Positions 28,060-37,807 of a stretch of DNA of 42,742 nt are shown here, piece by piece. The stretch is taken from NCBI GenBank assembly GCA_965215885.1, contig CBDCEW010000074.1:1-42742 (forward strand), given 5' to 3'. Position 1 is the first letter of the stretch. The number at the start of each line of letters is the position of its first letter. A program made the translations under genes and the position numbers. The stretch comes from Candidatus Moanibacter sp. (lineage in GTDB: Bacteria; Verrucomicrobiota; Verrucomicrobiia; Opitutales; UBA2987). Below the pieces are notes generated by a model. That model was not told where the DNA came from, searched no databases, and saw nothing but the letters and a program-made list of their open reading frames with translations.

Positions 28060-29214
28060 ATGACTAAGGCACTGTTGAGGAAAGGTATTCTATATACGAC
28101 CATCGCGGTCAGCCTGTCAGGATGTACGGGTGGGGAGACACCGGCGGATCCTGAAGTTGAAGGAGCCATAAATATCGCGAATCTTCCCACCGACGTCGAG
28201 CACGCCCGAAATCTGAAACCATATCTGGAGCGTGTACAAAGACACCTACCGGGCGCTTCCTATGTTTCAGACGAATTCTTACCCTCGCCCGAAGAACTCG
28301 CCGCTCCGCCAACATTCGAAAAGGTGGAAGCTATCAAAATTGGTATGCCGTGGATTCTGAATGACGAATGTGCCGCCTGGTACATTGCCCAGGACAAGGG
28401 CTACTTCAGGAAAGCCGGACTTGCCGCCGAGTTGATAGCCGGAGGACCGGGCAGGGATCACCTCATCACCCTGATCGGAGGAGTTGTGGATATCGCCGTA
28501 ATAAATGACTCAAGTAAAGTGCCGAGATTAATCATCAGCCGCACCGGCGCCGATGTGGTAATCGTGGCAACTCTATTGCGGGAGAGCGCTGCCATCATAC
28601 TCGGTCTTGATCGAAGCATTCCGAAGGGCAGTCGTTCCCAGCGGACTTTGACACCGGCCGACCTCTTTGGATCCACCATTGGCGTTCAACTGAACTCCGA
28701 GTATGTTGCCGAATCTTTTCAGAACCGATACCGCATCCCTGAAGATGAATTTGAGATCCTGCGGGTCGGGAACAGCCCGGAAGCGCTTATTGTAGGAAGA
28801 GTCGATTTCATGACGGCCTGGATAGTCAACCAGCCGCGCCTCCTCGAGCAAGCCGGTTACCATAACTGGATCTATCTCCGTACTCAGGATTATCTTTGGC
28901 CCGAATACAAAGATACGTCGGTAGTGACCAGAGAGACGTTTGAAAAAAAGCCCGATTTGGTCAGACGATATCTCTGGGCGCTGCATAAGGCCACCCTGTT
29001 CCTCCTCGAGCGGCCTGAAGAGTCCGCCGACATCACTCTGCGGCACGCCACCCAGTCCGAACTTTCACGTGAGCAGATTTTACGTCGATTTGAACTGCAG
29101 ACTCCTTATATAGTGGCCGGTTCGAAAAGTGACATCCTCAAGGTTGCACCTCACGCACTGGACATCGCGGCGGCTAACATGCTGCTAAATGGATTCATTG
29201 AGCTACCCGAATAG
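28060..29214 (+). CDS. ABC transporter substrate-binding lipoprotein, NMT1/THI5/SsuA-like
   Basis: Lipobox LSGC; YIAQDKGYFRKAGL, GGPG, PDLVRRYL.A..KA. Confidence 0.85.
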   Translation: MTKALLRKGILYTTIAVSLSGCTGGETPADPEVEGAINIANLPTDVEHARNLKPYLERVQRHLPGASYVSDEFLPSPEELAAPPTFEKVEAIKIGMPWILNDECAAWYIAQDKGYFRKAGLAAELIAGGPGRDHLITLIGGVVDIAVINDSSKVPRLIISRTGADVVIVATLLRESAAIILGLDRSIPKGSRSQRTLTPADLFGSTIGVQLNSEYVAESFQNRYRIPEDEFEILRVGNSPEALIVGRVDFMTAWIVNQPRLLEQAGYHNWIYLRTQDYLWPEYKDTSVVTRETFEKKPDLVRRYLWALHKATLFLLERPEESADITLRHATQSELSREQILRRFELQTPYIVAGSKSDILKVAPHALDIAAANMLLNGFIELPE

Positions 29215-29460
29215 CCCGCTTTTGTCACGGACGCTTCAACACTTTCCAACAACAGAAGCATTCTGCCAGCGCTACCGTCTATTTCGGCAACGAAAAGCGG
29301 GCTATTGAACGACAGCCTTAAAATGTCTACTCCCCGTCTCGGTCGGCGGGCCTACGGGGAATCAACGGCTTTTCCCCTTATGCGGACCGGCTGTCGTCTT
29401 ACGAGGAGTATTTTTCGAAACTCTCTACCGGCCTGCTGTTACAGGGAATAATCAAGTTTT

Positions 29461-30489
29461 TCACGGGATCTCGCGCAAACCGTATTTTCTGCCAAGGGCG
29501 AGACAATCCTCCATCGGAAGGATACTTCCGGAGGTCGTCACGTGGTAGAGACAACTCGCGGCCACGCATATCCCGAGCTCGAGGCATTGTTCGAAGTCCC
29601 AACTTTGGTGCTGCCCATACAAGAGACCTGCCGCGAACGCATCGCCGGCTCCCACTGTTCCCACAATCTCCTCTTCCGGAACCATCACGGAGCCTTTCTT
29701 CACAGTCAGCCCATCCCGTCCCGCAGCCAGGACACCGACCGGGCAGTGAATTACCACCCACTCCCTGACGCCCATTCGCACAATGGAATGAGCGGCCACC
29801 TCCAGAGAATCCCAATCGGGATCGTGTCCCTCGCCCAGACTCAACCCTGAGAGACGCTCCGCTTCGAATTCATTGAGCATCAACGTGTCTACAAAGGGGA
29901 GCGCCGGACGCACCACATCCGTGAAATCCGCTCTATCGATGCTTACGAGATCCACCGATGTCTTAAGATCCGCCGCCTGCGCGCGCTTCAATACACGTGC
30001 CGCTCCTGTCTCTCCGTTTTCGTCTACGATCTCCAGTGATTCCATCAGGTTTATGTAGGCGAGATGAAAAAGGCGTCCTTCCGTCTCCAAGACATCGAAG
30101 TGCTCTTCTCCGAGCAACCGATTCGTGCCACCCCGATGGAAGAATGTTCTGCGTCCTGTAGACTCCACGCTTAAGACATCGGTGTAGGAGGTGGAACCCT
30201 CCTCAGATACCGCCAGAAACTCCGTCGCTATTCCGGATCCGCGGCAGTCATCTCTGATATATCGACCATTCTCGTCGTTACCAAGGAGACCAACTCCAAT
30301 GAGCGGAAATGAGGCGCCCATTTTCGAGAGGTCTTTTAGTAGATTATACGGACCTCCACCGTTGCTTTGCGACTCCCGCAGAATCACACCAAGAGCTGTC
30401 TCCTCGGGGTAACCATCGATCACTTTGACGTGATCCACACACCAGTTGCCGCCCGCGATGATGCCCCTGCGGTCGCTTGAACTACTCAT
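29461..30489 (-). CDS. PfkB-family carbohydrate kinase
   Basis: GGGPYN, NEFEA, VGAGDAFAAG. Confidence 0.92.
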   Translation of the reverse strand: MSSSSDRRGIIAGGNWCVDHVKVIDGYPEETALGVILRESQSNGGGPYNLLKDLSKMGASFPLIGVGLLGNDENGRYIRDDCRGSGIATEFLAVSEEGSTSYTDVLSVESTGRRTFFHRGGTNRLLGEEHFDVLETEGRLFHLAYINLMESLEIVDENGETGAARVLKRAQAADLKTSVDLVSIDRADFTDVVRPALPFVDTLMLNEFEAERLSGLSLGEGHDPDWDSLEVAAHSIVRMGVREWVVIHCPVGVLAAGRDGLTVKKGSVMVPEEEIVGTVGAGDAFAAGLLYGQHQSWDFEQCLELGICVAASCLYHVTTSGSILPMEDCLALGRKYGLREIP

Positions 30490-30736
30490 TGGATCAGGAG
30501 TTTAACTCGGAAATACCCCTCGGAGTTTTCATTTGATAGGCAGGATTGTATACCAAATATTTCCCGCTGAGCGAAAAGAGACAATAAGGTTTCTCATTTT
30601 CTTCATTTGGCATCGACTTTCGATATTGGCTCTTCTCCGCAAAAAACATAGATCTCACCGGTTAAGTCGCTAACATCTGGAGACGCCTTTCTCACTCTCA
30701 CTTTTGCATTCACTCTCAATCTCAGATTCACGCTCC

Positions 30737-32215
30737 ATGAACACACAAGATTCCGAACCACTCACGACCGTCCGTAAAGCCCTCACCATAAACTTCGATT
30801 CTTCGAAGTATGGCACCTTCGCTGAGATTGGAGCGGGTCAGGAAGTCGCGCGCCAGTTCTTTCAAGTGGGAGGAGCAGCCGGCACAATCGCGAAGAGCAT
30901 GTCCGCCTACGATATGACATTCAGCAACGAGATCTACGGAAAGGCCAGACGCTACGTCTCAAAAGAGAGACTCCTCTCAATTCTCGATCACGAGTATGAA
31001 CTCCTCAAGGACCGGCTTTGGGATTCGCGAGCAGAAAGGTCTCAGTTTTTTGTATTCGGCAATTCTGTCTCCGCGCGGAACTACAAGGGAACAAATGAAT
31101 GCCACGGTTGGATGGGAATCCGAGTCCAGCTGACACCACAGGCCGACCCTGATGACTGCTACCTGCACGTGCGGATGCTCGATCACTCCAATCAACTGCA
31201 ACAGGAGGCTCTAGGGATCATTGGTGTTAACTTGATATACGGCGCCTTTTATTATTTCGAAGACGCCGATAAACTCCTCGAGTCCCTCGCTGATAGTGTT
31301 GGGGCGGAACGGATCGAAATCGATATGATTGAATGCCACGGACCCAATTCCAAAGGCATCGACAACCGCCTTTTAAGCCTGAACCTTGTCACCCTGGGTT
31401 ATACGAATGCAGTAATGTTTGGGAGAAATCGCACCGTCCTCCAACCTGCTGAAGCCCTTTACAAGAAAGCCCTCCTTGTGGAGCGCGGCAGCTTTCGTCC
31501 GGTCTCCCACGTTAACATCGATATGCTACAGTGCGCCCGGGTGCAGTTCCTGCAGGATCAGAGAGTCAAAAGCAATAGGGTGCGCGTCCTTTTGGAGATT
31601 ACTATGAGGAATCTCCTTACCCATGGAGAAGGGAGCATCGATCGAGCGGATCTCCTGGCCCGGATCGACGTCATTACCGCTTTGGGATACACCGTGCTCA
31701 TTTCCAACTACTTTCGATACTATCGCCTCAGCGAATATCTACGCCAGTATACCCACGCCCCAATCGGGTTGGTCATGGGCATTAATCACGTTTTGGAAAT
31801 TTTCAATGAGTCCTACTACTCCGATCTTTCGGGAGGAATTCTGGAGGCAATGGGGAGGCTCTTTAAGGATAACATCCGGCTCTACGTCTATCCTATGACT
31901 GGGAAGGCATTCAGGAGGCATCTGGCCGAGCGTGGTGCTTCGACTAATGATGCCGGTAGGGTTTTCACATCGAAAGGCATTATCACGGACAAGAATCTTC
32001 AGGTTCCGCCTCATTTGAGGAACCTCTACGCTTACCTCCGCGAAAACCACTATCTGGAAAGCGTGACCGGGTACAATCGAAAGGTTATGGGAATCTTTTC
32101 ACGCGATTGCGTGAGACTTATTTCCGAGGGAGACCCGAATTGGGAAGAAATGTTACCGGATAAAGTCGTCGCTATTGTCAAACGACGCCGCCTCTGGGGC
32201 TATAAACCCGACTAG
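30737..32215 (+). CDS. Conserved protein with a C-terminal nucleotidyltransferase-like region
   Basis: YGTFAEIGAGQEVAR, GGAAGTIAKSMSAYDM, ECHGWMG, RGSFRPV; family recognised from recall, function unknown. Confidence 0.8.
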   Translation: MNTQDSEPLTTVRKALTINFDSSKYGTFAEIGAGQEVARQFFQVGGAAGTIAKSMSAYDMTFSNEIYGKARRYVSKERLLSILDHEYELLKDRLWDSRAERSQFFVFGNSVSARNYKGTNECHGWMGIRVQLTPQADPDDCYLHVRMLDHSNQLQQEALGIIGVNLIYGAFYYFEDADKLLESLADSVGAERIEIDMIECHGPNSKGIDNRLLSLNLVTLGYTNAVMFGRNRTVLQPAEALYKKALLVERGSFRPVSHVNIDMLQCARVQFLQDQRVKSNRVRVLLEITMRNLLTHGEGSIDRADLLARIDVITALGYTVLISNYFRYYRLSEYLRQYTHAPIGLVMGINHVLEIFNESYYSDLSGGILEAMGRLFKDNIRLYVYPMTGKAFRRHLAERGASTNDAGRVFTSKGIITDKNLQVPPHLRNLYAYLRENHYLESVTGYNRKVMGIFSRDCVRLISEGDPNWEEMLPDKVVAIVKRRRLWGYKPD

Positions 32216-32386
32216 TCCCGGCAAGCCGGGATCGGACTTAAGTATGTGTTTAGCGTGCCTTTGATTGCTGGCTGCCCCGGTCTTGTGCCCATCGTTCTGA
32301 ATTTCGGTTGGCACGCAAATTGCGTGGAGTTCTCTGGTTAGAGCATGAAGAAAATGGGGAGCAGAGGGAGGGCACTGGAGTCGTTG

Positions 32387-34204
32387 TCAGGAGGCAATCC
32401 GATGGGGTTGCGGGTTTAAGGATTGATCCTGGCGATTACAGACTTCGAAGAGTTCCTCAAGGAAGTTTTCTTTTCGCAGGAGCTTTTTGGGCAATCGACC
32501 CACGGCGAGGGTTTTTCTGTTCGCCCGCCAGTGACTGAAGGGGGGTGCTTTCTGTGCAGCCTGGGCAAGCTTTTGGGGCAGATTATCGATACTGCCTAAA
32601 ACCAGCTCCACATAGCGGGGATTGTGTAAGTTGGCCAGGAGCATGTATTCTTCGGGGAGCGCTTCAAAGTCGCGCGTCAGATTTTTGCGCCCGTGGGTTT
32701 GACGGCGTTTGCGCTTGGAGGTGCGCCAGGTGCCTTCCAGCTCATTGGTCGTGCGTACGCTGTCTGGATGGGCCGGTGGGGGAAGCAGCCGCTGCCAGTA
32801 TTTGTCCAGATGAGTGACCACGGTGCGGTAGAGTTTGGCTTTCGAGGGGTTGGTCAGGGAGGCGCCTTTTTGGCGATATTGGGCACGCAGCAACTGGAGA
32901 GCCTCGGTGAGCTCAGCGGCTTGTCCTGCTTGCAACAGATAAGGGTCGCTTAAAGGGCAGGGGCCGCTGGCGCTGAGCCAAAGGGCATCGCGCAAAGCGC
33001 TGAAAATGCAAAAAGCGTTTTCATAGATAGTAGCGGCTTCGATGACGAGGGCATCAGCCAGATACTGCTTCAACCCGGTCGAAAGATGAAAGAAGCTTCG
33101 CAGAACAGAGCAACTGGCAGGAGCGCGGGCAAGCCACTGCTCCAGGGCGGCATGGGCGCGCACGACCCGCCGATGCCAATAAAGCAGGTAAGGATCGAAG
33201 GGAAAGCCCTGGCGGTGACCGTCGCAGGGATAATCCAAAATCCACAATTGCAGGGCCATGAGCAGTTCCCGTGCAAGGGTGGGATCGAAGGGCACTGCGA
33301 GCGCTTTGGCGGTGAGCAAATCGGCCAGGACGAGGGCGTGTTTTTCACGGAGGGCGTCACGGAGCTTTGCGGTGATGTGTTTGCGTTGCTCGCGCATGCG
33401 CTCCATGAGCTTCAATTGCCGCAAGCGCCCGTTGAGCATCTGCTGGGGTTTTCGATAAAGCTGTTCGCCCACATTGCGGGCGAAATGATAATGGCAGACG
33501 CCATGGGGGGCCTGGAAGGTTTCGCTCTCGCAGGCCTTGCTGATCTGAGCGCTTAAATCATGATAGACATGGTGGGGTTGGCCAAAAGCCCGGGCCGCCC
33601 GGGCAAAACAGCCACTGATCGTTTCGCTCTGTTCGGAAGGCATTTTCCAGCTGCCCAAAAGGATCCCTTCGTCGGCTTCCTGAACAGCGAAGAAAACCGG
33701 CGTCTGCGGTTCCACGGTCCCATCCACCAGCCAGCGCAGGCAAGGGCGAGCGCTCAGGTAATCTTTAAGCACCGGAGCGGCCGCGGCGTGCAGCCGACCC
33801 AGATAAAAAAGAAACTTCTGCTGCATCTCATAGAGGCTGCTTTGAGCAATCTGCAGCTGCCCCGGGCCCTCGCGCAGTTCCCTGTGCACCTCTTTGAGGG
33901 TGGCGCTTTCGCACAAACATCGCTTGCCCACATAGGCAATCAGATCGTAAGCGTAGCGACTATGCGAGGGCACGATCTGTTCCAGGCGAGCAGAACGGTA
34001 GCTGTTGCGGTGGCTCCCTTGCCCCTGCTCGCGCACAACTTCCACCGCCTGGAAGCATCCATAGGAGAAACTGACCACCTTGCGGCGCAGGGTCTTGCGC
34101 ACCTCTGAAGGACCCTCTTCGTCCTCCCGGGCATCGAAGCGATAACTCGTTTGCGCAGGCACAGCCCCCACCGTTTGCAGGGCCCGTTCAGCCTCTGCCC
34201 GCAA
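32387..34204 (-). CDS. Element A orf2, DDE transposase with CxxH motif (IS66/ISL3/IS256-like)
   Basis: LVDGT, YHDL, CHYHF, RTTNELE..R..KR. Confidence 0.85.
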   Translation of the reverse strand: MRAEAERALQTVGAVPAQTSYRFDAREDEEGPSEVRKTLRRKVVSFSYGCFQAVEVVREQGQGSHRNSYRSARLEQIVPSHSRYAYDLIAYVGKRCLCESATLKEVHRELREGPGQLQIAQSSLYEMQQKFLFYLGRLHAAAAPVLKDYLSARPCLRWLVDGTVEPQTPVFFAVQEADEGILLGSWKMPSEQSETISGCFARAARAFGQPHHVYHDLSAQISKACESETFQAPHGVCHYHFARNVGEQLYRKPQQMLNGRLRQLKLMERMREQRKHITAKLRDALREKHALVLADLLTAKALAVPFDPTLARELLMALQLWILDYPCDGHRQGFPFDPYLLYWHRRVVRAHAALEQWLARAPASCSVLRSFFHLSTGLKQYLADALVIEAATIYENAFCIFSALRDALWLSASGPCPLSDPYLLQAGQAAELTEALQLLRAQYRQKGASLTNPSKAKLYRTVVTHLDKYWQRLLPPPAHPDSVRTTNELEGTWRTSKRKRRQTHGRKNLTRDFEALPEEYMLLANLHNPRYVELVLGSIDNLPQKLAQAAQKAPPFSHWRANRKTLAVGRLPKKLLRKENFLEELFEVCNRQDQSLNPQPHRIAS

Positions 34205-34221
34205 ATCATGTAACAGCTCCG

Positions 34222-34465
34222 CTACCGCGATCGGTCCGGTTTTTTTTTGAGCGAGTAAAACGCCATCACCCGCTCAATTTGCTCCCCGCTCAGCTCTACT
34301 CCCTGCTCTTGCATAAGCTCGACAAGCTCCTTGACCCCGGCCTCGGAATGGCCGATACAGGCGACCAGCAAAGCGATCACGACCATCGTTTCGAGCCCTT
34401 CGGGAGCTGCCTGCAAAGCGCCCCCGGGGTCCCCGGGGTCCCCTGCCTGAACTTGTGCCGCTGTT
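34222..34465 (-). pseudogene. Element A orf1, 3' remnant
   Basis: Matches the C-terminus of 22991-23719; the 5' part is replaced by element B sequence. Confidence 0.8.
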
Positions 34466-36205
34466 TGGAGGCATACTCATCCCGTGGTGCTTTTTTCTCT
34501 GAGCTTCAAAGCGGTCAGATTCAGGCCGCCTGTTCCAGTTCCTCCCGTCGTCGTTTCTTCATCAGTATGATGCGGCAGAAGTTGTAGGCCAGAACCTTCT
34601 CGAGCAGTTCATCGCCTACCGCATCGATGCCGCGGCGGCCGAGTTCGCCAAAGGCAAATCCATCTTTAATCGTGAACATCAGCGACTCCACTGCGGAGCG
34701 ATTGCGGCGTGCCTCGCGATACGCCTCGCTCTCCCGGTCCTCGGGGGTGGTCAACTTCTTGCCCTTCGCCCCACTGATACTGATCTGCTTTACCCCCATG
34801 CCCAGCACCTCCTTGCGCCCCTTCGCCGAAGCATATCCGTCATCGGTGCTGATCAGTTCAGCAATGACACCGGTGCGCTTGATCGAATCGCCGATGGCCG
34901 GCGCCAGCTCAATGGAGTCTGCCGCATTGCCTTGCGGTACGATCAGGCTGGTGACAAAACCGTTTTCGCTGCGAACCAGTTGTGGCTTGTACCCGATCAC
35001 TGGATTGCGGCTGCCCTTCTTGATGTAGGCCGCCGATCCGTCCGACAGGCTCAGGACCTTCTGCGTGGACGGTAGCTTCTTTTCGTGAAACACCCGATCA
35101 TGAGCATACTCAACAACCCGCTTGGCGTCGGCAATATCGCGCCTGATCTGGCTCAATACCCGCTTCAGAAGCTCCCGGCGAGTGGGAGGCAGTGAATCCA
35201 TCGACAGGCCCTCTTCAAGATGGCTCAGTTCCCCCGTTAGTGAGTCGGCTGCCTTGCGGCCCCGCTTGAGCAACCGCCGGTAGTGTTTCTTCAGCTTGCC
35301 CTTCGACTTCGGTTTGCCCGCGGGCAGACAAATCTGAAACTCCAGCTTGTCCATTTCCTCCAGCCAACGCCCAACCCATCCCTTGCGAAAATCCTCCAGC
35401 CCGAAGACATGCAACTTCTGACCCAAACGATTGGCCCGCATCAAAAGACCGCTCAGAATCTTCCCATCGGTGGGCCAGCAGCTGTTTGCTTTCACCGAGG
35501 TGCTGTCGATCGTCAGCTTCCCGAAATCGTCCCATTGCTCCTGGAGGATAAACCCAATCTGTTTATCAAAGATCAACTCGCGGGTCCTATGGCTGACCAG
35601 GTTCACGTTCTCCAGAATCGTCGTCACCGCCGGCATTCTCAGTCCCCCGCTCTGCAAAAATCCGTACAAGCTCATCGACTCGCGCACAAACCGCCGTGCC
35701 GGTTTCGTGGTCAACGAACCCAGAAACCCTCGAATCATCACGAACACGTATACCGCATAAGCCGGCATCCGCGGCCGGCCTGCCCCAAGATTCAATTCAG
35801 CAGCCAGAATATTCTCCTCCTCGATGTCCAGCTCCGCTGTGCGCCCTTCAAAGAACCTGCGATCTTCCAATCGAAGTTTCTTCTTCTCACGTGCATGGGC
35901 GGCCAGATCCTTCTCGATCGCCTCGATGATTTGCGGCGCGAACCCGGCCAATTCTTCAACTTCATCCAGAAAATCACGGAAATCCGTGTCTGGAACCGGC
36001 AGAATGAGGTTGCTAAGGGGCGTCTTATCGCTTTTGTTCTCCTCTGTCGCACATGTTGGCATGTTTAACTCCTTTCTTAATCTTAGGTTGTTAAACACTA
36101 GCATGTTGCGACACTTTTTATCAAGCCAAAAAATGATTTTTCTCAAGTTTTTCTTGCGCCTTTTGCGCCTCTTTGCGGCCAATCAGTAGCTTTTCGGATA
36201 AGGTC
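34456..36205 (-). mobile_element. IS element B, copy 2, missing ~160 bp at the right end
   Basis: Direct repeat of 25076-26835 with scattered substitutions and small indels; left IR intact at 36189-36205. Confidence 0.85.
34521..36182 (-). CDS. Element B DDE transposase, copy 2
   Basis: Near-identical to the 25141-26727 protein apart from a 3-aa deletion; true start probably downstream of 36182. Confidence 0.85.
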   Translation of the reverse strand: MAAKRRKRRKKNLRKIIFWLDKKCRNMLVFNNLRLRKELNMPTCATEENKSDKTPLSNLILPVPDTDFRDFLDEVEELAGFAPQIIEAIEKDLAAHAREKKKLRLEDRRFFEGRTAELDIEEENILAAELNLGAGRPRMPAYAVYVFVMIRGFLGSLTTKPARRFVRESMSLYGFLQSGGLRMPAVTTILENVNLVSHRTRELIFDKQIGFILQEQWDDFGKLTIDSTSVKANSCWPTDGKILSGLLMRANRLGQKLHVFGLEDFRKGWVGRWLEEMDKLEFQICLPAGKPKSKGKLKKHYRRLLKRGRKAADSLTGELSHLEEGLSMDSLPPTRRELLKRVLSQIRRDIADAKRVVEYAHDRVFHEKKLPSTQKVLSLSDGSAAYIKKGSRNPVIGYKPQLVRSENGFVTSLIVPQGNAADSIELAPAIGDSIKRTGVIAELISTDDGYASAKGRKEVLGMGVKQISISGAKGKKLTTPEDRESEAYREARRNRSAVESLMFTIKDGFAFGELGRRGIDAVGDELLEKVLAYNFCRIILMKKRRREELEQAA

Positions 36206-36207
36206 TA

Positions 36208-36270
36208 GCAAGAAACGCGCGCCACCCCGGCACAAGACCGGGGCAGCATTAAATAGAGCCAAACACGTAC
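36208..36270 (-). mobile_element. Divergent element-A-type terminus
   Basis: Minus strand gtacgtgttt...gctgccccggtcttgtgcc shares a 19-nt core and the GTAyGTG start with the ends at 22651 and 32242. Confidence 0.65.
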
Positions 36271-36424
36271 TGCAGTACGGCAGAACCCTACAATTCAGTC
36301 GACGGCAGTTACCTCCCTCAGCGAAGCTTGCAGGTGACAAATCAGCCAAAATTTGCTCATCTTAAGAATCCCTGAAATCTTTTCCTACCAAAATTCAGTT
36401 TCATATTCCTGTCTCTAACAAACC

Positions 36425-37792
36425 ATGTCCGGGCTAGAAATAAAGAAAGCCAACGGGACAGTCCCGATCTATGCCTGGTATGTCGTAGGTATCCTCGCAC
36501 TATTTTATGTCCTTTCTTTTGTCGACCGATTGATTCTGGCACTGCTCGCGGTCCCGCTGAAAGCCGATCTTGGACTGACCGACATCCAGTTGAGTTATCT
36601 CGGGGGAATAAGCTTTGTCCTCTTCTACACCCTCTTCGGTCTCCCCATGGGAAGGCTTGCCGATACGCGAAGCAGGCGCGGATTGATCGCCTTTGGGGTA
36701 GTGCTTTGGAGCGCAATGACAACTCTTTGCAGTTTGGCCACGCGTTTCTGGCACCTCCTCATTCTTCGCATGGGAGTGGGTATCGGTGAAGCAACCCTTT
36801 CTCCCTCCGCGTTCTCTCTCATTGCGGATTATTTTCCCAGGGAAAGACTCGCAACGGCAATCAGCATCTACTCCACGGGCGCGGCCATCGGGCTAGGGGC
36901 TTCCTATCTCGGAGGCGCCCTCATCCTAGATTGGGCAAACGCATTCGTTGCCGCAAATGAAGGGTTCAGTCTTCCTCTCCTCGGTGAAGTGCGCCCCTGG
37001 CAGCTTGTCATGCTTTCAGTAGGACTACCCGGTCTCATTTTCTCCCTCCTCCTCTTTACCGTCAAAGAACCGAATCGCAGGACAGCTGTTAATCGATTGG
37101 TATCGAATCAATCCCTCAAAGCGGGGCAAATTCCGCTTTCGGAAGTCGTGCGGTATTTTCGAGACAACTGGAAACTCTATGCCTTTCACAATCTGGGCAT
37201 GGCCTGCATTGCCCTGGGTGCTTTTGGCTCCGGTTTCTGGGATATCACCTTCCTGAGCCGAAGCTATGGATGGATGCCCGCTCAAAGCGGTCTCTGGTAC
37301 GGACTCATCGCGATGATCGGGCAATCCATCGGAAACCTGGCGGGTGGCCGTCTCGCCGATTACCTCACGCAACGGAAGGTTGCTTCTGCGATTATCCTGG
37401 TCATGCTGCTTGCCGCGCTAGCCAAGCTCCCCTTCGCATTCACCTACCCGCTCATGCCGAATTTCACTCTTTGTATGGTTGTCCTCGTCCCGACCCATTT
37501 TTTTACTGGAATGCCCTTCGGTTGCGCCGCCGCCGCCATACAGCTGGCATCTCCGCCAAGAATGCGAGGACAGGCATCGGCCGTCTATCTTTTCATAATG
37601 AACCTCGTCGGAATCGGCCTTGGTCCCACCACTGTGGCAATTCTGACCGAGTACGTTTTTGAAGACCTACAAATGTTGAACTATTCCCTCCTTATTGTCG
37701 GTGTTTTCTCTCTCGTCCTTGCTTCTCTATTCTTTGTTCTCGCTCTTAAACCCTACCGCCAAACCCTCGAGGAATTAGCCCGGAAATCTTGA
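36425..37792 (+). CDS. MFS transporter (spinster-like)
   Basis: SFVDR, GRLADTRSRR (motif A), RMGVGIGEA; about 12 TM segments. Confidence 0.93.
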   Translation: MSGLEIKKANGTVPIYAWYVVGILALFYVLSFVDRLILALLAVPLKADLGLTDIQLSYLGGISFVLFYTLFGLPMGRLADTRSRRGLIAFGVVLWSAMTTLCSLATRFWHLLILRMGVGIGEATLSPSAFSLIADYFPRERLATAISIYSTGAAIGLGASYLGGALILDWANAFVAANEGFSLPLLGEVRPWQLVMLSVGLPGLIFSLLLFTVKEPNRRTAVNRLVSNQSLKAGQIPLSEVVRYFRDNWKLYAFHNLGMACIALGAFGSGFWDITFLSRSYGWMPAQSGLWYGLIAMIGQSIGNLAGGRLADYLTQRKVASAIILVMLLAALAKLPFAFTYPLMPNFTLCMVVLVPTHFFTGMPFGCAAAAIQLASPPRMRGQASAVYLFIMNLVGIGLGPTTVAILTEYVFEDLQMLNYSLLIVGVFSLVLASLFFVLALKPYRQTLEELARKS

Positions 37793-37807
37793 GAGATTTC
37801 CGGGCTA
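37776..37807 (+). terminator. Hairpin over the MFS stop codon
   Basis: Perfect 14-bp stem tagcccggaaatct/agatttccgggcta with a 4-nt loop; no U-tract. Confidence 0.45.

Larger units (their letters stand above)
32242..34465 (-). mobile_element. Element A, copy 2 (right end, full orf2, 3' part of orf1)
   Basis: Terminal repeat 32242-32292; body is an inverted near-identical match to copy 1. Confidence 0.82.
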
